A stretch of 64,000 nucleotides of DNA from contig CAVSGM010000002.1 in assembly GCA_963727485.1 (NCBI GenBank), positions 224,001 to 288,000 of the forward strand. The letters run 5' to 3'. This stretch comes from an uncultured delta proteobacterium. GTDB taxonomy: Bacteria; Myxococcota; Myxococcia; SLRQ01. Below, piece after piece: positions 56,890 to 64,000 of this stretch (the first letter of the stretch is position 1; each line of letters starts with the position of its first letter). The position numbers were made by a program, and so were the translations under genes. The notes below the pieces were generated by a model. It saw only the letters and a program-made list of their open reading frames with translations, was not told the origin of the DNA and ran no database searches.

Positions 56890-57853
56890 ATGGATCGCAA
56901 CCTCGCTCTCGAAGTCGTCCGCGTCACCGAGGCCGCCGCCCTGAGCTCGGCCCGCCTCATGGGCCGGGGCGACAAGGACGGCGCCGACGGCGCGGCGGTG
57001 GAGGCCATGCGCAAGGCCTTCGACACCGTCCACATCCGCGGCGAGGTGGTCATCGGCGAGGGCGAGCTCGACGAGGCGCCGATGCTCTACATCGGCGAGA
57101 AGGTCGGCGCCGGCGACGAGGCCGAGGATCCGGCGGTGGACATCGCCGTGGACCCCCTCGAGGGGACCAACCTCTGCGCCACCGGCGGCCCCAACGCCAT
57201 CAGCGTGGTGGCCATGGCCGAGGCCGGGTGCCTGCTCCGGGCCCCGGACACCTACATGGAGAAGATCGCCGTGGGGCCGGCGGCCCGGGGCGTCATCGAC
57301 CTCTCGCTCAGCCCCACGGACAACCTCCGCCGGGTCGCCGACGCCAAGAGCGTCTACATCGACGACCTCACCGTCTGCATCCTCGACCGGGAGCGCCACG
57401 CGGATCTTCATCAAGGAGGTCCGGGAGGCCGGGGCGCGGATCAAGCTCATCGGCGACGGGGACGTCGCCGGGGCCATCGCCACCTGCTTCGACGACTCGG
57501 GGGTGGACGTGCTCATGGGCAGCGGCGGCGCCCCGGAGGGGGTCATCGCCGCCGCGGCGATCAAGTGCGTCCGCGGGGACTTCCAGTGCCGGCTCCTCCC
57601 CCACGACGAGGAGACCCGGGTCCGCGCCGAGGCCATGGGGGTCGAGGACAAGATCTACCGCATCGACGAGGTGGCCCAGGGAGAGGTGATGTTCGCCGCC
57701 ACCGGGATCACCAACGGGGACTTCCTGAAGGGCGTCCGCTACTTCGCCGGCGGGGCCCGGACCCGATTGGTGGTGATGCGGAGCAAGTCGGGGACCACCC
57801 GGTTCATCGAGTCGATCCACCACTTCGACCGGAAGCCGAACTACGGCTGGTAG
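56890..57853 (+). CDS. glpX: Class II fructose-1,6-bisphosphatase, with an apparent frameshift near 57405
   Basis: [35 protein letters not shown] and FAATGIT. Confidence 0.95.
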
Positions 57854-58199
57854 GCCGGGGAGGGGACCTTGCCCGGTAGGGCTTTGACGTCCCCGGATGC
57901 GGCGTTAGCTTGCAGATGTGACGATTTTCGTCCCAACTCTGCAAAGGCTTTCATACCCGGTGACCGGGAACCCCCCCGTGAAGAATCTGCATTCGCCGGG
58001 GCAGGCCCGGGAACGGGCCGGAGACGCCCCCGTGATTCCAGTGGGTTGCGCGGTGCTCGGCGAGAAAGTGGACCGGCCGACCCGGAATCGCGCATCCTTC
58101 TTGCAGATCGAATAACCTGAAGACCGGAGCCGTCGATCGGGGTACCAGCAGGGAAGATCAGGGCGGGCGGCTCGAAACGAAGCGCATCCTGGAGGCCGG

Positions 58200-58388
58200 A
58201 TGCTCGACACATTCATCATCGAAGAGATCAAGCGCCAGGAGCAGTCGAAGCGCCGGGAGCGCGAGGAACGTGAGCGCCCCCGGGTTCCGCTCCACATCCC
58301 CGAGGACGATTATCCCCGCCCGACCCGCCAGGGGGGCGAGGACAATCTGCCCGACCGGGGCGTGATCATCATCGACTACTCCATCTGA
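58200..58388 (+). CDS. Small charged hypothetical protein (62 aa)
   Basis: GGAGG RBS, MLDTFIIEEIKR...RGVIIIDY, and a downstream hairpin at 58403-58425. Confidence 0.75.
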   Translation: MLDTFIIEEIKRQEQSKRREREERERPRVPLHIPEDDYPRPTRQGGEDNLPDRGVIIIDYSI

Positions 58389-58525
58389 ATCAGGAGCAGC
58401 GACCGGCGGCACCCGGTGCCGCCGGCGACTCCGTTTCGGGGCGCTTCGGCCAGGCCGGGGCGCCCCGTTCGCGTTGAAGGAGGGCCCGAGGGGTGGGCGC
58501 GACGGCGCGCCGGGCACCAGGGGGA

Positions 58526-60317
58526 ATGTCCGAACGCAGTGCACAGGGGCGGCGCGAGGCCGTCTACCACCTGGCCCTGGGCCTCCTCGCCTGGGGTGTC
58601 CTCGTCGCCGCGGCCCTGGGGGCCGTCCCCGGCGTGCGCCCCCAGGCCGTGCCGCTCCTCGACGTCCTGCCCTTCCTGGTCTTCGGCCTCGCCGCCCGGT
58701 TCCTGGCCTTTCGCCTCTACGCCGGCGTGAGCGTCAGCGTCGACTCGGCCTTCTACATCGCCGCGGTCCTGACCCTCGGGACCCTCCCGGCGGCGCTGCT
58801 GGCCACCGCGAGCATCACCGTCGACGCGGCCTGGCGCCTGTGGCGCACCCTGGTCCGGGGTGGGGACGGGGGGCTCGGCCGGGCGCTGGCCTTCCTGGTG
58901 TTCCGGGGGGCGGTCCCCGGGGCGCTCCTGGTCTTCGCCGGGGCCGTCTTCGGGGTCGACCGGGCGGCCTTCACCCCCCACGCCGGGCAGGTGGCCACGG
59001 TGCTGTGGCTGGTCCCGGCCCTCTCCCTGACCCTCCTGGTCCCCCACTACCTGGCCCTGGGGGTGGGGCTGTGGTTCGAGGGACACGAATCCGCGGACGG
59101 TCGCCCGGCGGGTGTTCCTCCCGGCCCTGGGCGAGGAGATGCTCCTCATCCCCCTCTCGATGGTGGTGGTCCTGGTCTACGACCCGGGCCAGCCCTTCCT
59201 CTTCCTGCTCCTGGGCTTCGTCTTCGTCCTGGTGAACGTGGTGGTGAAGCTCCTCTCCGAGGCGCTCGCCCGCCACGAGCACCGGGTGGTGGAGCTCGAG
59301 GTCCTCGGCGAGGTGGGGCGGACCATCGTCGCCAACCTCGACCTCGCCGAGCTCCTGCCCCAGATCGCCCGGGAGACCATCAAGCTGGTGGGCGGCGCCA
59401 GCCAGTGCATGGTGGTGCTCCGGGACGACCCCGAGGGGGAGCTCGACCTCCAGGTCTTCGACGCCGAGGGGAAGCGGGTCCTCCAGGAGCCCCTGGGCCG
59501 GGGCGAGGGGCTCACCGGTGAGGTGATGCGCGGGGGCGAGACCCTCCGGGTCGCCGACCTCCAGGCCCGGTGGCGCGACTACGGGATCCCCGACGTCTAC
59601 AACGACCCGGCAATCCACTCGTGGATGGGGACGCCGCTGTCGGTCCACGACGAGGTCATCGGGGTGCTCAACGTCCAGGCGGAGGCCCCCGGGGCCTACA
59701 GCGCCGAGCAGGCCCGGGTCTTCGAGACCATCGCCGCCCAGGCCGCGGTGGCGATCCAGAACGCCCGGCTCTACGCCCTGGCCACCGTCGACGGCCTCAC
59801 CGGCCTCTACGTCCGCCGCTACTTCGACCTCCGCCTCCGGGACGAGGTCCGCCTCGCCGCCCGCTACGGGAGCGAGTTCTCGGTCCTGATGCTGGATATC
59901 GACGACTTCAAGGACCTCAACGACGCCCATGGCCACCAGGCCGGAGACCGGGTGCTGGCGGAGGTGGCGGAGGTGGTGCGCCAGACGGTGCGAGCCAGCG
60001 ACATCCCCTGCCGCTACGGCGGCGAGGAGTTCACGGTGATCATGCCCAGGACCCCGGTGGCCGAGGCGCTCGGGGTCGCCGAGCGCGTCCGCGCCGGGGT
60101 GGCCGCCCACCGGGTCGCCTTTGACGGGGCCGAGCTCGGGGTCACGGTCTCGGTGGGGGTGGCCGGGTTCGCCGCCGGGGCCCGGACGGTGGCCGACGTG
60201 GTCCGCCGGGCCGACGAGGCCCTCTACCGGGCCAAGGCGGCGGGGAAGAACCGGGTCGCCCGGGACGGGGTCGAGGCGCCGGACGAGGTCGAGGCGGCGG
60301 GTCTGTCCCCGGCCTGA
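58526..60317 (+). CDS. Membrane GAF-GGDEF diguanylate cyclase, with an apparent frameshift near 59090
   Basis: Multi-TM N-terminus, GAF domain, DGLTGL, DIDDFK, RASD I-site and RYGGEEF. Confidence 0.9.
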
Positions 60318-60376
60318 GCGGGGTGCCGGACGATGACCCGCGCGCGCGGCTCGACAGCCCTCGGCCCCGTTGCTAG

Positions 60377-61693
<1,317 letters not shown>

Positions 61694-61776
61694 GGGGGCG
61701 CGCACCGCTTCCTACCTGCGGCGCCCGAGTCGACCATAAGTTTGCGGGACCCTGGAGGCTGTGCGACCCTCGGCCC

Positions 61777-63680
61777 ATGGTGGTCACGAGGTCCATTAGC
61801 GCCGCCCTGGTCCTCGCCATGGCCCTCACGGCGTCCCCCCGGGCGGCCCGGGCGGCGGCGCCGGCCGACGATGGCTACGGCGCCGTCCGCGACGCCTACC
61901 TCGCCCTCGAGGGCAACCCCGAGAAGCAGAAGTACCGGGACAACTACCTGAAATCCTCGACGGGTTCGAGGGCTTCGTGAAGGCCCACCCGGACGACCCC
62001 CGGGCCCCCGACGCCCTCTACAACGCCGGGCGCCTCGCCTGGGACCTCTACCGGGTCTCGCGGGTAGCGGCCGACCTCGACCGGGCCGTGGGGCTCCTCG
62101 AGCGCCTCGCCGGGCAGTACCCCAAGGACAACCTCGCCGACGACGGCCTCTTCCTCGTCGGGCGCATCCGCCTCGAGCATGGGGACGAGGCCGGGGCGGC
62201 CAAGGCGTTCACCGCCGTGGTCGACCGGTTCCCCGGGGGGGACATGGCGGGGAAGGCCCGGGAGATGCTCGGCCGCCTCTCGCCGGCGGCCCGGGCAGCG
62301 GGGAAGGCCGAGGCCCCCCGCGTCGCGTCGGCCGTGGAGAAGCCCAACGCCGACGACGCGGCGGCCAGCGCCGAGCCCCAGGCGGCCAGCGCGAAGCCCC
62401 AGACGGCCCCCCCGGCGCCGGTGCCCGCCGGTCCCGCCCGGGTCACCGCGGTCTCCGCCCGGGACGCCGGTGACTTCACCCGGGTCACCATCGCCCTCAC
62501 CGGGCCGGTGAAGTGGAAGGAGGGCACGGTCCGCGCCGACCCGGCCCACCACCGTCCCCGGCGGGTCTACCTCGATATCGCCCCGGCGATCCTGGCGAAG
62601 GGTGCCCCGGCGAGCGTGAAGGTCCCCGGCCCCCGTCTCGCCCGGGTGCGGACCGGCCAGTTCGCCGAGCACACCGTCCGGGTGGTCCTCGACCTCGGCC
62701 CTCGGCGCGGCCTCCAGGTCTACCCCATGGCCGGCAGCGGCGCCCTGGTCATCGACGTGACCCGGGGCAGCAACCGGCAGGCCCCGGTGGCCCGGACCGG
62801 CACCACCGCCCAGGCGACGCCCCCCCGAACGACCCCGCCCCCCCGGAAGACCCCGACCCTCACCGCCATGGTCCCCCGGGCGCGCCCGGCCCCGGCGGAG
62901 CCGGACCAGAAGCGCCTGCGGCAGATGGCCGCGGTGCTCAAGCACAAGAGCGCGGTGCCGCTGGCGGTGCAGGCGGGCCTCAAGATCCGCCGGGTGGTCG
63001 TGGACGCCGGCCACGGAGGCAAGGACGACGGCGCGGTGGGCCCCCACGGCCTCAAGGAGAAGGACGTCGCCCTCTCCATCGCCAAGATGCTGGGCCAGCG
63101 CCTCAAGCACTACGGCCTCGAGGTCATCTACACCCGCACCGACGACCGGTTCGTGCCCCTCGAGGAGCGAACCGACATCGCCAACGCCAAGGGCGCCGAC
63201 CTCTTCATCTCCATCCACTGCAACGCCTCGACCAGCCGGGCGCGCCACGGGATCGCCACCTACTACCTGAACGTCACCAGCAACCGCTACGAGATGCGGC
63301 TGGCCGCGCGAGAGAACGCCACCAGCAAGAAGTCGGTCTCCGACCTGCGCCTCATCCTCGCGGACCTGGCGACCCAGGCCGACACCGACGAGTCGGTGCG
63401 CCTCGCCACCCAGATCCAGTCCCACACCGTGGGCGACCTGCGCCACCACTACCGGGGCGTCCACGACCGCGGGGTGAAGAACGCGCTGTTCTACGTGCTC
63501 CTCGGCGCCCGGATGCCCTCGGTGCTGGTGGAGACCAGCTTCATCTCCAACCCCCGGGAGGCGCGGCGCCTCCACTCCCACCGCTACCGGGAGCGGGTGG
63601 CCCAGGGGATCTTCGACGGCATCAAGGCCTTCCTCCGGGACCGCCGGGCGGTGGCCCTCGGCGCCCACGACGCCCACTGA
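61777..63680 (+). CDS. N-acetylmuramoyl-L-alanine amidase (TPR, AMIN, Amidase_3), with an apparent frameshift near 61955
   Basis: Signal peptide, VVDAGHGGKD, KEKD, FISIHCN and LVETSFISN. Confidence 0.92.
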
Positions 63681-63726
63681 GCCGGGGCCGTGGCAGGCTC
63701 GGCCCCCCTGGGCTAGGTTCTGGCCC

Positions 63727-64000
63727 ATGTTCGACGCCCCGCCGCCGGAGCCGCCGCCGGACGACCTCGACGCCGCCGTCGCCGGGCTCCCCGAGCTCAC
63801 CCTCGCCGGCGATGCCGCCGCGCGCCTGGCGGCGGCCCGGGCCTACCTCGCCGCCGGCCAGGCCTGGATCCGCGCCCGCCACGACGCCGGGGCCGCCGGG
63901 CGCACGGTGGTCCGGCTCCACTCGGCGCTCCTCGACCGGCTCCTGGCCGCCGCCTTCGCTGCCGAGGGGGCCGGCGCCCCGCCCATGGCCCTGGTGGCCC
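63727..64000 (+). CDS. glnD: Probable [protein-PII] uridylyltransferase, N-terminal part; runs off the right edge of the window
   Basis: IRARHDAGAAGRTVVRLHSALLDRLL...MALVA, as expected before the GGYGR motif, which lies beyond the window. Confidence 0.6.
   Translation, partial: MFDAPPPEPPPDDLDAAVAGLPELTLAGDAAARLAAARAYLAAGQAWIRARHDAGAAGRTVVRLHSALLDRLLAAAFAAEGAGAPPMALVA

Overview
High-GC bacterial chromosomal segment, most likely Myxococcota or a related deltaproteobacterium. This is inferred from Myxococcus-type LexA boxes, a truncated DnaK paralog, a PilZ protein, multiple sigma54 activators and long TPR proteins. Most of the window is housekeeping: hutH, lysC, UvrD/PcrA, tRNA-Val(CAC), lexA, rsmD-coaD-aminotransferase, pyk, mdh-sucCD-ndk, rlmN, GspE/PilB ATPase, mtnP, hom, glpX, eno, an amidase and the start of glnD. 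Many core genes carry single-base frameshifts, which most likely reflect long-read assembly indels rather than real pseudogenes. The standout is a ~8 kb locus just downstream of tRNA-Val (14883-23232). It holds a sigma54-driven radical SAM/SPASM maturase, an unannotated 22-aa single-Cys precursor-like peptide (MVKKPLNKRNRKRIPCDALAGF), a family-5 (Opp-type) peptide-binding lipoprotein directly followed by a Cache/HAMP histidine kinase, and a convergent NtrC-type sigma54 activator. It also has divergent sigma54 promoters with about five GGCTC-N6-GAGCC palindromes. Together these look like a candidate RiPP-based autoinducing (quorum-sensing) circuit. Other oddities are a 65-aa icd relic in front of mdh and an FGE-sulfatase/PKD chimeric remnant.
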